Shown here: in pieces, positions 12,440 to 25,897 of the stretch
Layout of the letters: every line of letters begins with the position of its first letter
Numbering within the stretch: position 1 is the stretch's first letter
Source: Macrostomum hystrix
Lineage: Eukaryota; Animalia; Platyhelminthes
Length of the DNA stretch: 64,000 nt
Direction of reading: 5' to 3'
Assembly (NCBI GenBank): GCA_950097015.1
Contig: CATNEN010000038.1
Location: 20,460,001 to 20,524,000 of the forward strand
Translations under genes and position numbers: made by a program
Notes under the pieces: generated by a model
Databases searched by the model: none
Told to the model about the DNA's origin: nothing
The model's input: only the letters and a program-made list of their open reading frames with translations

Positions 12440-12630
12440 TGGGCCAGATACACAGCTATTTTGCGCTACGCTTATTAAGTCTGCGCACATCTGTTCAGAC
12501 CATGGAATTGCGCATTTACCCCCAGCTAATTCTGAAAAGTAATGATAAATTAAAGTTTTTCTTCTTGGCCGAGATTCGAACTCCCGACCTGACGATCAAA
12601 AGTCCGAAGCTCTACATGTATAGCTGCACT
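12440..12630 (-). mobile_element. SINE family B, degenerate copy
   Basis: Minus-strand B box GTTCGAATC and body CTGTTCAGACCATGGA shared with copies at 38.5 and 47.3 kb. Confidence 0.6.
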
Positions 12631-14234
12631 AGTTTCGACTAATGACTCATCATTATTATTAACAGAGTGGGCGTGGATGCAGTTTTTTGTCTTCAAACTA
12701 AACCTGGTTCACAATTAAGCCTTCAGCTGCGTTTTCACAGTGTGCTACAGTGAAAGTCATTGCTAAATACACATCAGCATCTAAACGGTCAATTGCATTT
12801 TGCTATAACTTCATGCTATATACGTACGTAGTTCAGTAATGTATAAATATCTACTATGTGCATCACGTAAGCCAGCCGATGCAGTTTCTTCATTTAATGT
12901 TTTTTAATTTTGGTAGCCCTTACTTTGCTAATAAAAAGGCTGCATGTACTATCCATCTATCACCTTATGTACTATCTTCTGCTTAATCTATAAATGCAAT
13001 TGGAACGCATTTAATACACAATACACCCATAATGCAGCTGGATCTTAACATACCAAAGCTAGTAGACCAAAATGAATAGCTTTTTTAAGCCTACACATGT
13101 CAGTTCAATTTTTATAAAAAAGTTTCTGTACTATATATTGCGAGCTAGCTGTTTATAATAATATAAACATTTGTTTATCTAGTTTATCACTTTGATTGAC
13201 GTTGGCACTTCATGGTTTGTGCCGTTATACATATATATATGTATATGTCTGCTGCGATTGTATAAGTCTGAACATACTACATACTACATATACTATTATT
13301 TGATTATTACACACGTTGACTCGTTTACCTAAAATCACATATATTTGCTATACTTAATGTGTAGTATTGTATTTGTGCGTTCATAAACATAAAAAGTCAT
13401 AAATATATTTTATGTACACTTGCGATGCGCCACAAAAATCCATCTGCAGTTAATAAAAATATATTTATAGTACTTTTCTGCTCTAATCGGTCCAGCCGTT
13501 CGGTAAAATTAAACAGTTTTTTAATTAAAACAAACACTTAAAAATTAAAAAAGGACATCTCTATTTAATACTAAAGGTTTTTGTTAAGCTGTAAAAATGG
13601 AAAATATGCGAGAATCTTTAAAAAAAAAGAGGACAAAACTTTATTTAGTTAATTTTTTAATTAAGTTTTTAATTATTTTTTCTTACAATTAACTTATTTA
13701 AAACAAATAATTCAAAACTTTAATAAAAATACAAGGGTAAGAAGTTTTAAGAACATAAACTGTACTTTATAAATTAACACACTGTATAAAAATCTGAAAA
13801 GCTGTATTAAAGCAAAGCAAATAATTTATCTACTCATAGTAGACAGTAGTTGAGTAGTTTTTGTTGAGTCGAGAAATGCCTATACAGCCAAAAATGATGG
13901 GTTTTGTTTCTAACAAAACAAGTATGTTAGACGTTATGTTATGTTATACGACGATCGAAAACTAAAGTCTAAAATATTTTCCAGTCATTGGCATTAGAAA
14001 TGGGCATTGCCAACTGGAAATTACTTACTACATTCTTTTATTAGTACGTGAGGCCAAGAGAAATATATAAGCACATTATTATTGGTGCACTTGGATTTGA
14101 CAAACATACCTTTAACATAGCGCTACAATGCGATGACCTTGTCAAACAAACGAAGTCATGGATTTGGTGGCTTCGTATACAAGTAATTAAATGGTTGTAC
14201 AATGCGCATTGCAATTGATGACGCAATCGGCACA

Positions 14235-15906
14235 TCAAAGCCTGCCGCCCTGCTGTTTGATACCTAGCCTACGCAACAGTTCATTGATGTTCACGCCGCC
14301 ATTGCCGACACGCGAAGCGTTTAGAGCGGCCTGCAGGGCACCCTGATCGATGCCTAGGTCCAAATCGGCGTTATAGTGCCCAACTAGCTCCTTCACCTGA
14401 GACTCGCTTACAAAGCCTATAGTGTGTGGTTCAATATGGGTTGGAAAAATCATTGTTTGTGCACTTAAACAGTACATAAAAAAGCAATAACAAACAAGAA
14501 AGTTCGTCAGAGAGATTCTGAATAACCATATACTCGAGTATCTCGCCCCTGTCTCATCTCTCCCATGTCTCTCTCTACCCTGTCTCATCTCTACCCTGTC
14601 TCATCTCTACCCTGTCTCATCTCTACCCTGTCTCATCTCTACCCTGTCTCATCTCTACCCTGTCTCATCTCTACCCTGTCTCATCTGTCCCCTGTCTCAT
14701 CTCTCCCCTGTCTCATCTGTCCCCTGTCTCATCTCTCCCCTGTCTCATCTCTCCCCTGTCTCATCTCTCCATTGTCTCATCTCTCCCCTGTCTCGTCTCT
14801 CCCCTGTCTCATCTGTCCCCTGTCTCATCTCTCCCCTGTCTCATCTCTCCATTGTCTCATCTCTCCCCTGTCTCGTCTCTCCCCTGTCTCATCTGTCCCC
14901 TGTCTCATCTCTCCCCTGTCTCATCTCTCCATTGTCTCATCTCTCCCCTGTCTCGTCTCTCCCCTGTCTCATCTGTCCCCTGTCTCATCTCTCCCCTGTC
15001 TCATCTCTCCATTGTCTCATCTCTCCCCTGTGCTCAATGTGTAACCAGATTCGACGCAACGGGCCAATCACACTCACCTCTAGCCTGAGTGTCGCGCCTA
15101 TAAAGTGCATCAGCAAGTTTCATGAATCGATTGAACCACGGCTCTGTCAGTGCCACAGTCGCGGCCTGTCGCTGTGTCATCATTGTGCCAGTGTGCGCCG
15201 GCGGTGGACTCGGCGTCCTGTACAGCGGCTGAGCGGCTCCAGTCGCTAAAGATTGCGCCGGCTGAACGATCGACAGAGTCTGAGCAGGATCCGCGTGCGG
15301 CCACGACGCCGCCGGCTCCGGGAAGTGCTTGGCGTAGTCCAGCGGGCGTCGCGACATCGGAATCCTCAGGCCGGTGCTCTGCGGCGCGATCACGCGCTCC
15401 AGGTAGCCGACAAACTGCTCCCAGTCGTACTGGCCGCCGCCGCGAGGCCGACAGAGAGCCACGACATTGTCCAGAGTCTGCTCGCTGATTGGCAGGTTGA
15501 AATCCCAAACCAGGCGTTTCATCTGGTCCCGACTGAGAGTGCCGCGCAGAAGCCGGTCGGCGCGTTGAAAAGCCAATCTGAGAGCCTCGAAGTTGATCGG
15601 CTGCTGCTGGCGCTGCGGCGAGTCGGTGATGGCGGCAACTTCGGATTCCAGCTGACGCAGCACCCGGGGCAGGTCCCTGTCGGTGGACAGCTTCGAAGGC
15701 GACTGCGGCTGCTGCTGCTGCAGATACGAATGCGTTGACGGCGTAGGCGACTGTGGAGGCGACGGCAGTCGGTAGGTGTCACTGCGTATTGAGTGGCGCG
15801 ACGGACTCAAGTTGGAGCACAGCTCAATTTCTCTGAGGCTATTGAAAAATACAAGTTCAGAGCTACTCACGCCTCATCTGGTCGGTAATAGCCGCCAGAG
15901 CTTGCC

Positions 15907-15939
<33 letters not shown>

Positions 15940-18900
15940 TGAACCTGGTAGTAAGATGAATCCGGCCTATGGAAAAAAACAGTGTTTCTTTATATATATT
16001 TATATATATATAATAAACCAACTTACTAATAGCAGTGTGGTTTAGACACTAACGCATCGAATAAATGTATTTCTAGCCGTTGTTGTACTTCATCATGGCC
16101 TAGGGTTACATTTTAGCCTTTGTCACTGCTGTTATTCTAGTCGTGAATTCAACTGCGATTCCAGCTACTGCTTCTACGATTCTAGCTGCTGCTTCTACGA
16201 TTCTAGCTGCTGCTTCTGCGATTCTAGCTGCTGCTTCTGCGATTCTAGCTGCTGCTTCTGCGATTCTAGCTGCTGCTTCTGCGATTCTAGCTGCTGCTTC
16301 TGCGATTCTAGCTACTGCTTCTGCGATTCTAGCTGCTGCTTCTGCGATTCCAGCTACTGCTTCTACGATTCTAGCTGCTGCTTCTACGATTCTAGCTGCT
16401 GCTTCTACGATTCTAGCTGCTGCTTCTGCGATTCCAGCTACTGCTTCTACGATTCTAGCTGCTGCTTCTGCGATTCTAGCTGCTGCTTCTACGATTCTAG
16501 GTACTGCTTCTGCGATTCTAGCTACTGCTTCTGCGATTCTAGCTACTGCTTTTGCGATTCTAGCTGCTGCTTATGCGATTCTAGCTGCTGCTTATGCGAT
16601 TCTAGCTGCTGCTGCGATTCTAGCTACTGCTTCTGCGATTCTAGCTACTGCTTCTGCGATTCTAGCTGCTACTGCTGCGATTCTAGCTACTGCTTATGCG
16701 ATTCTAGCTGCTGCTGCGATTCTAGCTGCTGCTGCGATTCTAGCTACTGCTTCTGCGATTCTAGCTGCTGCTTCTGCGATTCCAGCTACTGCTTCTACGA
16801 TTCTAGCTGCTGCTTCTGCGATTCTAGCTGCTGCTTCTGCGATTCCAGCTGCTGCTTCTGCGATTCTAGCTGCTGCTTCTACGATTCTAGCTGCTGCTTC
16901 TGCGATTCTAGCTGCTGCTTCTGCGATTCTAGCTGCTGCTTCTGCGATTCTAGCTGCTGCTGCGATTCTAGCTGCTGCTTCTGCGATTCCAGCTACTGCT
17001 TCTACGATTCTAGCTGCTGCTTCTACGATTCTAGCTGCTGCTTCTACGATTCTAGGTACTGCTTCTGCGATTCTAGCTACTGCTTCTGCGATTCTAGCTG
17101 CTGCTTATGCAATTCTAGCTGCTGCTGCGATTCTAGCTACTGCTGCGATTCTAGCTACTGCTTCTGCGATTCTAGCTGCTACTGCTGCGATTCTAGCTAC
17201 TGCTGATGCGATTCTAGCTGCTGCTGCGATTCTAGCTACTGCTGCGATTCTAGCTACTGCTTCTGCGATTCTAGCTGCTGCTACTGCGATTCTAGCTACT
17301 GCTTCTGCAATTCTAGCTACTGCTTCTGCGATTCTAGCTACTGCTACTGCGATTCTAGCTACTGCTTCTGCGATTCTAGCTACTGCTACTGCGATTCTAG
17401 CTGCTGCTTCTGCGATTCTAGCTGCTGCTTTTACGATTCTAGCTACTGCTACTGCGATTCTAGCTGCTGCTTCTGCGATTCTAGCTGCTGCTTTTACGAT
17501 TCTAGCTGCTGCTTTTACGATTCTAGCTGCTGCTTTTACGATTCTAGCTGCTGCTTCTACGATTCTAGCTGCTGCTTTTACGATTCTAGCTACTGCTACT
17601 GCGATTCTAGCTGCTGCTTCTGCGATTCTAGCTACTGCTTCTTCGATTCTCCTAAAAGTCGTTATCTGCATCTGCATCTTAATCATGAATTTTCGAAGGT
17701 TACTCAACAGGACTCACGGGCCGCCACTGCCCAAGTGTAGGCTAGCACCGATAAACGAGAGCACCTTTTCGTAGTTGATACGCGGTGCTTCGTAAGGACT
17801 GACAAACACCGAAGCAACTAGGCGAGCCAGCGGGTCGGACAGGAAAATCTGTTGGATTTAGGGCAGTGCACGAGATAATACTACGAGTATTTATGCTTCT
17901 GATACCTATTATCTCCGTAATAAGGTATTTCAAAGGTTTTGTTATTGATGCGATTCTTGCTACGATTCCTAATTCGATTCTTGCTACGATTCCTCCTCGA
18001 TTCTTACTTCGATTCCGTCTTCGATTCTTACTACGATTCCTCCTTCGGTTCTTGCTACGATTCCGTCTTCGATTCTTGCTACGATTCCTCCTTCGGTTCT
18101 TGCTACGATTCCCCCTTCGATTCTTGCTACGATTTCTTTTTCGGTTCATGCTACGATTCCGTCTTCGATTCTTACTACGATTCCTCCTTCGATTCTTGCT
18201 ACGATTTCTCCTACGATTCTTACAGCGATTCATTCTTCGATTCTTGCTACGATTCCGTCTTCGATTCTTGCTACGATTCCTCCTTCGGTTCTTGCTACGA
18301 TTCCGTCTTCGATTCTTACTACGATTTCTCTTTCGATTCTTGCTACGATTCCCCCTTCGATTCTTGCTACGATTCCTCCTTCGATTCTTGCTACGATTCC
18401 TCCTTCGATTCTTGCTACGATTCCGTCTTAGATTCTTGCTACGATTTCTCTTTCGATTCTTGCTACGATTCCCCCTTCGATTCTTGCTACGATTCCTCCT
18501 TCGATTCTTGCTACGATACCGTCTTCGATTCTTGCTACGATTCCTCCTTCGATTCTTGCTACGATTCCGTCTTAGATTCTTGCTACGATTTCTCTTTCGA
18601 TTCTTGCTACGATTCCCCTTCGATTCTTGCTACGATTCCTCCTTCGATTCTTGCTACGATACCGTCTTCGATTCTTACTACGATTCCTCCTTCGATTCTT
18701 GCTACGATTCCTTTTACAATTCTTACAGCGATTCCTTCTTCGATTCTTGCTACGATTCCGTCTTCGATTCTTGCTACGATTCCTCCTTCGGTTTTTGCTA
18801 CGATTCCGTCTTAGATTCTTGCTACGATTCCGTCTTCGATTCTTACTACGATTCGTCCTTCGATTCTTGCTACGATTGCTCATTCGATTCTTACTACGAT

Positions 18901-21900
18901 TTCGTCTTTGATTTCGGTAACCTCTTTTTCTAAGAAACATTTTCAATCGATTTCGGCTGTGATTCTACAATTTTCAGCTAAGATTTACAATAAAAAAAAT
19001 TAATTTAATCGAACTTTATTGTAGCGATAGTCGATCAAGACAGATTTTCAGTGCTTCGAAACTTTGGTTTCTGAAAGAGCCACTCAGCTTTCAAGTGGCC
19101 GGGCATCGTTTAAAAGTTTTGGAGAAGCAGATAGCTTAAATTTCATATTCTCTGTCCCTTCGAAGCGCAGCCATTGTTCGGTCTCTCTTTCTACTGAGGT
19201 CTTCGAAAAGATAGTGCTTGAGAATAATAGCAAGAAAAAGGTAAAATGAAGCAACGGAAATTTTAATTAGCCTTCAACGGTCTCACACCTTCGATTCACT
19301 TCTCCACGAGCAGCAATAAAAAAATTTTAGAGGTTGTAAAATATTTCTTTGGAATTTAAGTAATTTGTTATTATCGTCTTCAATCTCATTCACTGGATAA
19401 AACTACGAGCGTAGTTATGAAAAAATGGGACTTTCGAAACCTAATTTTTAGGTCGAAGAAGCAGTTAATGGCAAATTTTTATAATCTAACAGGTTGATTT
19501 CCTATCTAACATTTTCATTTCCTATCTAACATTTTCATTTCCTATCTAACAGGTTGATTTCCTATCTAACAGGTTGATTTCCTATCTAACATTTTCATTT
19601 CCTATCTAACATTTTCATTTCCTATCTAACAGGTTGATTTCCTATCTAACAGGTTGATTTCCTATCTAACATTTTCATTTCCTATCTAACATTTTCATTT
19701 CCTATCTAACATTTTCATTTCCTATCTAACATTTTCATTTCCTATCTAACAGGTTGATTTCCTATCTAACAGGTTGATTTCCTATCTAACATTTTCATTT
19801 CCTATCTAACATTTTCATTTCCTATCTAACATTTTCATTTCCTATCTAACAGGTTGATTTCCAATCTGACAGGTTGATTTCCTATCTTACAGGTTGATTT
19901 CCTATCTAACAGGTTGATTTCCTATCTAACAGGTTGATTTCCTATCTAACAGGTTGATTTCCTATCTAACAGGTTGATTTCCTATCTAACAGGTAGATTT
20001 ATTATCTAACGGGTTGATTTCCAATCTGACAGGTTGATTTCCTATCTTACAGGTTGATTTCCTATCTAACAGGTTGATTTCCAATCTGACAGGTTGATTT
20101 CCTATCTTACAGGTTGATTTCCTATCTAACAGGTTGATTTCCTATCTAACAGGTTGATTTCCTATCTAACAGGTTGATTTCCTATCTAACAGGTTGATTT
20201 CCTATCTAACAGGTAGATTTATTATCTAACGGGTTGATTTCCTATCTAACATTTTGATTCCTATCTAGCAAGTTTTGAGTAATATTTGAGTCACTAAGCT
20301 ACAGACTGAACTCACATTATTCCTAACGAAGGCTTGGTGGAGCTCGCTAAAGCTACACAATCCTGTGAGTTCGTCGTCCGAGTCGGCCAGTTCGCTGTAC
20401 ACCTGCTTCAGTTTGGCCGTGTCCAGGTAGCGAAGCTGACTTTGCAGCTCCCGCATCACCGCGTATTCCTCGACGCTGAATGGGTGGGGTAATTACTTGT
20501 ATTTTTGCCTCTCGCACCTGAGTTCGATTCCGCGGCGAGGCCACATTTATTTGGGGCGCAGCCGCGGAGAGAAGGCTTGGCGGCTTGTCGTGCAGTTTAC
20601 GCCATTGAGGGCCAACCTCCAAAGTACACAGCCTGACGATGAGAAAGTCAGGGCAGATGTACACACCTGTGTGAGAGTGTGCGTGCGTACAGTATCTGTG
20701 TGCGTGTGTGCTCAGGAGTCAGCGAAATGGGCAGAATTGCCTCCTCGCTGGCTGCGGGTCTACTGTCACCACACTAGATATGCCATTGTGCATTGTGCCA
20801 TGTGCCATCCTGCGATTATTATTAGGTGACTGAGAAATCGGTACGTGGTGAATGATTTACCGACTAAAATAACATCTAGTCCAGTTTTGTACAAACCCTG
20901 CTGCGTACAGCTGTTCAGTCTGTGGACTGGGGTCTGGGGAGGCGACCACACCCAACCCTAGCCGATACCTGTTTCGAAATTCGAAGTTTCCACATTTTTA
21001 CCTGCGCTAAGAATCGAACTCCCGACTTTCGGTCAGAAATTCTATTAAATAAGTACCCGTCAATCACAATAAAATCATATTAATCGTAAATTTTTTTAGT
21101 TTTTTATAGAAAATCTAGATAATGCTCCCAGCAACCGATTCAATGATTATCCCATTTCGTTTCTCATTTCCACCTCATCGTCGCGTCGTGATTTACCTTC
21201 CCAGCTGCAGAGGCGAACTAGTCAGCCTGCCAGCGTACGGCGGCAGCCTGCCGTACAGTCCGTTGAGCAGTTGGGCGGTTTCCATGGCAACCCCGCCGCC
21301 GTCTCTGGCGCTAACAATAGGCGGCAGGGGCGGGTAGGGATTCAAGCCGTTGCCATGGGTTCGACGCTCGCTTAGCGGAGCCGAGGCGTCGACGAATGAG
21401 GACTGTCCGGAGTCGCGCTCCTGCGAGGTGGCGAGATGGCGGCATGAGTACTTCTCATACCTACTCACACAGTGACACAATCACACATACCGTTTGTAAG
21501 CATGAGAATGTGAGGTTTTGAGGCATGAGAATGTGAGGTTACTTGGCAGGAGAATGTGAGGTTACTTGGCAGGAGAATGTGAGGTTTTGAGACATGAGAA
21601 TAAAAGGTTTTGAGACATGAGAATGTGAGGGTTTGAGACATAAGAATGTGAGGTTTTGAGACATGAGAATGTGAGGTTTTGAGACATAAGAATGTGAGGT
21701 TTTGAGACACGAGAATATAAGACTTTGTGACATGAGAATGTGAGGTTTTGAGACATGAGAATGCGAGGTTTTGAGACATGAGAATGCGAGGTTTTGAGAC
21801 ATGAGAATGCGAGGTTTTGAGACATGAGAATGTGAGGTTTTGAGAGATGAGAATATAAGGTTTTGAGGCATGAGAATACAAGGCTTTGTGACATAAGAAT

Positions 21901-22424
21901 GCATGCGAGGTTTTGAGGCAGGTTTACAATAATTTTTAATTAAGAATGAACTCTGAAATATTAATAAGACTTTCCAAGTCTGACTTGAACACGTTGCCAT
22001 AGTAACTCACCATTGGCAGAGGCACAGTGCCAAATCGGCTGGATAAGTACAGATTCTGCACCGGAAAGGTGAAAAACCTGCCGCGTCTGTACTCTTGACC
22101 ATAGGCGGTGTGGCCTTGATAGGTCATTGTCCTATTCTCTGCGACTTATAACACCCTGAACAACTAGTCTAAACCCTAAGCTAAATTAAATTTTAAGCTG
22201 CGGCAGTATTTATTATTATTACCGTCCCAAGCGAATCGATTCGGAGTTTAAAATTATCCCGACGTCGCAATTCTACAGCGTTGCCGTTGGCCGTTGAATT
22301 GGCGAAACCAGCGGCTGCGGACTGATCATCTACCGCCTCCTCTACCTCCTGTATGCCACCGTCGACTGGTTGTCGGGTTCGACTTCTTGGTGAGAGAGGA
22401 TGCGGACCCACTAGATCGCGACGG
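14235..22424 (-). CDS. C1orf87-like EF-hand protein; exons about 22424-22223, (22132-22011?), ~21450-21197, ~20476-20317, 17848-17718, ~15966-15871, 15838-15078, 14416-14235; 5' end uncertain
   Basis: Phase-consistent GT-AG junctions from 21197 downstream. Motifs LADSDDELTGLCSFSELHQAF, INYEKVL, AFQRADRLLRG, WFNRFMKLADALYRRDTQARGFVSESQVKELVGHYN resemble degenerate EF-hands of C1orf87 proteins (recognised from memory). Confidence 0.7.
14540..15031. repeat. 17-bp CTGTCTCATCTCTCCCC minisatellite (GTCTC family), intronic
   Basis: Tandem periodicity. Confidence 0.95.
16153..17650. repeat. 21/18-bp minisatellite (GCGATTCTAGCTGCTGCTTCT), intronic
   Basis: About 70 units; accounts for the ILAAASA ORF. 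Confidence 0.95.
17950..18915. repeat. 24-bp (2x12) minisatellite (CGATTCTTGCTACGATTCCTCCTT), intronic
   Basis: About 40 units; accounts for the RFLL and DSCY ORFs. Confidence 0.95.
19482..20265. repeat. 20-bp minisatellite with two variants (CCTATCTAAC + ATTTTCATTT or AGGTTGATTT)
   Basis: About 39 units in exact 20-bp register. Confidence 0.95.
20505..20823 (+). mobile_element. SINE family A copy, intronic, antisense to host gene
   Basis: B box GTTCGATTCC, shared body, (ATT)n tail. Confidence 0.85.
20895..21035 (-). mobile_element. SINE family B, degenerate copy
   Basis: CTGTTCAGTCTGTGGACTGGG body; minus-strand GGGAGTTCGATTC B box. Confidence 0.55.
21500..21920. repeat. 23-bp minisatellite (TGAGAATGTGAGGTTTTGAGACA)
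   Basis: About 18 units. Confidence 0.93.
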
Positions 22425-23394
22425 CTGAAAGAGAAATTTCACTTTTTTGTTTGCACTGTTAAGCTATAGCCTTGAGTCGCTAATCTATCTATGGAATACG
22501 AATTCTCAGCCACGAGTATCTATATACTTGAGTTCTGTATTTAATAGAAAATCCTAAGCTGCAGTAGTCTCACCCAACGCCAGCTAGTAGTTCTCTTCAA
22601 TGCCACTCCGCCATTGGTTAGCAACCCCCGTTATTAAAGCCAACAAAAGATAGCAAGAAAAAAATTTAGGAAGAGAATAGTCAGCTCACAAATTGACAGC
22701 TTGAACGGCAGGCCATCTAGCCAAAACCATGGCTTCGGGACAACTATTTTCTAACCGCTCCAAGCGAAAGCAAACATTACGCAGTTAAAATAGATTAAAT
22801 CTATGCCTATACTAGATATTCCTCTTTAAGTGCAGTTCTTGTAGTTTTTTAGACAGGCATAATTGAGGCTGCTTGAATATCTTTGGCATAGGCAACGGGT
22901 TTTGGTCAAGTGTCACGCAGCTGCAGAGAGAGAGAAGACTTGAGTAGGGCAAGGTCAGAGCTAATTGGTGGAAAGCTTAACTCTATGATAGCTTAACAGC
23001 GGGTGCGAGGTTATCTTGCTAATGCTATTTTAGCGCCAAATAGAAATCTGATACGGCCAACAGCTTATATAGATGAAGTGCGTCACTATACCATTGTCAT
23101 GTGACAGTGTGCTGAATAGCAAGACTGACGAAAGCCCCGCTTTTGTTAGTCAGTTACAGTACAGTACAGTTAGAGAAAATGCAGCTATATTGGCGGCTGC
23201 CACTTATCTAGCTGTTCACACTGTTTCTCTCTCTTCTTTGATGTAGGCGTAGAGGAAAAAATAGTTGAAAGTGTTCTCTAAAACACTTTTTCTAACTGCC
23301 ATTTCTAGGGACAAACCTAGAACCGGCTGCCCGAACACAATAGTTTCAATTCGTGCCCCCATGAGTTCAGCGTCGGATATTTTTTCGAGTAAAT

Positions 23395-24060
23395 ATGAGA
23401 CAGTGGAGAGATGAGACATGGAGAGATGAGACAGTGGAGAGATGAGACAGTGGAGAGATGAGACACGGAGAGATGAGACAGGGGAGAGATGAGACACGGA
23501 GATGAGACACGGAGAGATGAGACACAGGAGAGACGAGACACAGAGAGATAAGACAGTGGAGAGATGAGACACGGGAGAGATGAGACACAGGAGAGACGAG
23601 ACACAGGAGAGACGAGACAGTGGAGATATGAGACACGGGAGAGACGAGATACGGGAGAGACGAGACACAGAGAGACGAGACACAGAGAGATGAGACAGTG
23701 GAGATATGAGACACGGGAGAGACGAGATACGGGAGAGACGAGACACAGAGAGATGAGACACAGGAGAGATTAGACACGGGAGTGGCGAGACACGCAGAGA
23801 TGAGACACGGGAGAGACGAGACACGGGAGAGATGAGACATGAGAGAGACGAGACACGGGAGAGATATGAGAAACGGAGAGATGAGACACAGGAGAGACGA
23901 GATACGGGAGAGACGAGACACAGAGAGATGAGACAGTGGAGAGATGAGACATGGGAGAGACGAGACATGGGAGAGATGAGACACGCAGAGATGAGACACG
24001 GGAGAGATAAGACACGCAGAGATGAGACACGGGAGAGGCGAGACACGGTGAGATGAGACT
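23395..24060 (-). repeat. GTCTC-family 16-17-bp minisatellite in GAGAC orientation
   Basis: GAGAGATGAGACAC units. Confidence 0.95.
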
Positions 24061-24499
24061 CATTTCCGATTCAAAGGTGTTATATCGTGACTGCTCGGGA
24101 AACACAAAACTAGTTTGACCGAGATATTATGTGTTCGCCGATTCAAAATCACGCGTTCTGCTTAATTTTTGCAGATTAATTTTTACTGTCACACCGAGAC
24201 AAACCCTTCTACTTATAGTAGAGTAGTTGAAGTAATTGTAACAAAAAACTTCCTGACTGCACGCCAATTCTGAGAGGAATTAATGGGTACAAAACTCACA
24301 TCTAGAATAAAAATAAGTTTTATGAAGCAAAACATTTCAAGCCAAATCTTTTTTGGCACCTTGTTTACCAGATCAAGCTTGAAATTCAGCAGCAATGGTT
24401 TGATGCAACATATACAAGTTGTATATATTGGAATATTACAAATCTGCTGTTTTTTTAAGTAGAGACCACGGGGTATTTCAAATACCCATTTTCCCTTTT

Positions 24500-24597
24500 T
24501 TCTGCGTCTCCAAAAATATTCAAATGATCGCCGTGGCATCGTCGAGATATTCAACGATTCTCGTCGAGGTGTCCGGTCGTTAAAACCACCAATATAT
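24500..24597 (-). repeat. Dispersed repeat family C
   Basis: Reverse complement TTGGTGGTTTT..GACACC..GAGAATCGTTGAATATCTCGACGATGCC matches 47950-48030 and 55643-55720. Confidence 0.7.
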
Positions 24598-24865
24598 AGG
24601 CATCAGTCTTCTTCCCAGCCGTTGAAAAGATCGATTTTAGTTGTCCTTGTCACCAGGGTCTTCGACAAGAATCGCTGAATACTTTGACGATGCCGACGTC
24701 GGACGGCTTTGAAAGTCATAGTAAGATCATAGAAAGATCATAGTAAAGGGCGTAAATTTATGATCCATCTGGTGAACTTTCAAGAAAAGTTTTGGAGCTA
24801 TCATAAAGCAGGCAGTGGGCAGTATATTTGAAATACTTTCTCGCGGTAAAAAATAGCTAGGTCTA

Positions 24866-25897
24866 TGTGTCTCATCTCTCAGTGTCTCATCTCTCTACTG
24901 TCTCATCTCTCCCGTGTCTCGTCTCTCCCGTGTCTCATCTCTCCATGTCTCATCTCTCCATGTCTCATCTCTCTACTGTCTCATCTCTCCCGTGTCTCAT
25001 CTCTCCACTGTCTCATCTCTCCATGTCTCATCTCTCCCGTGTCTCGTCTCTCCCGTGTCTCGTCTCTCCCGTGTCTCGTCTCTCCCGTGTCTCGTCTCTC
25101 CATGTATCATCTCTCCCGTGTCTCGTCTCTCCCGTGTCTCGTCTCTCCCGTGTCTCATCTCTCCCGTGTCTCGTCTCTTCCGTGTCTCGTCTCTCCCGTG
25201 TCTCGTCTCTCCCGTGTCTCGTCTCTCCCGTGTCTCATCTCTCCCGTGTCTCGTCTCTCCATGTCTCATCTCTCCGTGTCTTATCTCTCCGTGTCTCATC
25301 TCTCCACTGTCTCATCTCTCCACTGTCTTATCTCTCCGTGTCTTATCTCTCTACTGTCTCATCTCTCCCGTGTCTCGTCTCTCCCGTGTCTCGTCTCTCC
25401 ATGTATCATCTCTCCCGTGTCTCGTCTCTCCCGTGTCTCGTCTCTCCCGTGTCTCGTCTCTCCCGTGTCTCGTCTCTCCATGTATCATCTCTCCCGTGTC
25501 TCGTCTCTCCCGTGTCTCGTCTCTTCCGTGTCTCGTCTCTCCCGTGTCTCGTCTCTCCCGTGTCTCGTCTCTCCCGTGTCTCATCTCTCCTGTGTCTCGT
25601 CTCTCCACTGTCTCATCTCTCCACTGTCTTATCTCTTCGTGTCTTATCTCTCCGTGTCTCGTCTCTCCACTGTCTCATCTCTCCCGTGTCTCGTCTCTCC
25701 ACTGTCTCATCTCTCCGTGTCTTATCTCTCCATGTCTCATCTCTCCGTGTCTTATCTCTCCACTGTCTCATCTCTCCGTGTCTTATCTCTCCATGTCTCA
25801 TCTCTCCACTGTCTCATCTCTCAGTGTCTCGTCTCTCCTGTGTCTCATCTCTCCCGTATCCCATCTCTCCCGTGTCTCATCTCTCCATGTCTCATCT
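24866..25897 (+). repeat. GTCTC-family 16-17-bp minisatellite (GTGTCTCRTCTCTCCC)
   Basis: About 60 units, inverted relative to 23395-24060. Confidence 0.95.

Noticed and set aside
16143-18946. Poly-ILAAASA, RFLL and DSCY ORFs as proteins
   Set aside because: They are intronic minisatellites flanking a real 131-nt exon of the minus-strand gene.
19482-20265. CRISPR-like repeat-spacer array, or plus-strand branch point/acceptor array (CTAACAG|GT)
   Set aside because: The variable parts are only two recurring 10-mers, there are no cas genes and the context is eukaryotic. The splice-like signal is antisense to the host gene with no plus-strand exons evident.
20633-20650. Hammerhead ribozyme core CTGACGA...GAAA in the SINE A hairpin
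   Set aside because: Only 3 nt separate CUGANGA from GAAA, so stem II cannot form; CTGAC pairs with GTCAG instead, and other copies read CAGACGA or CCGACGA.
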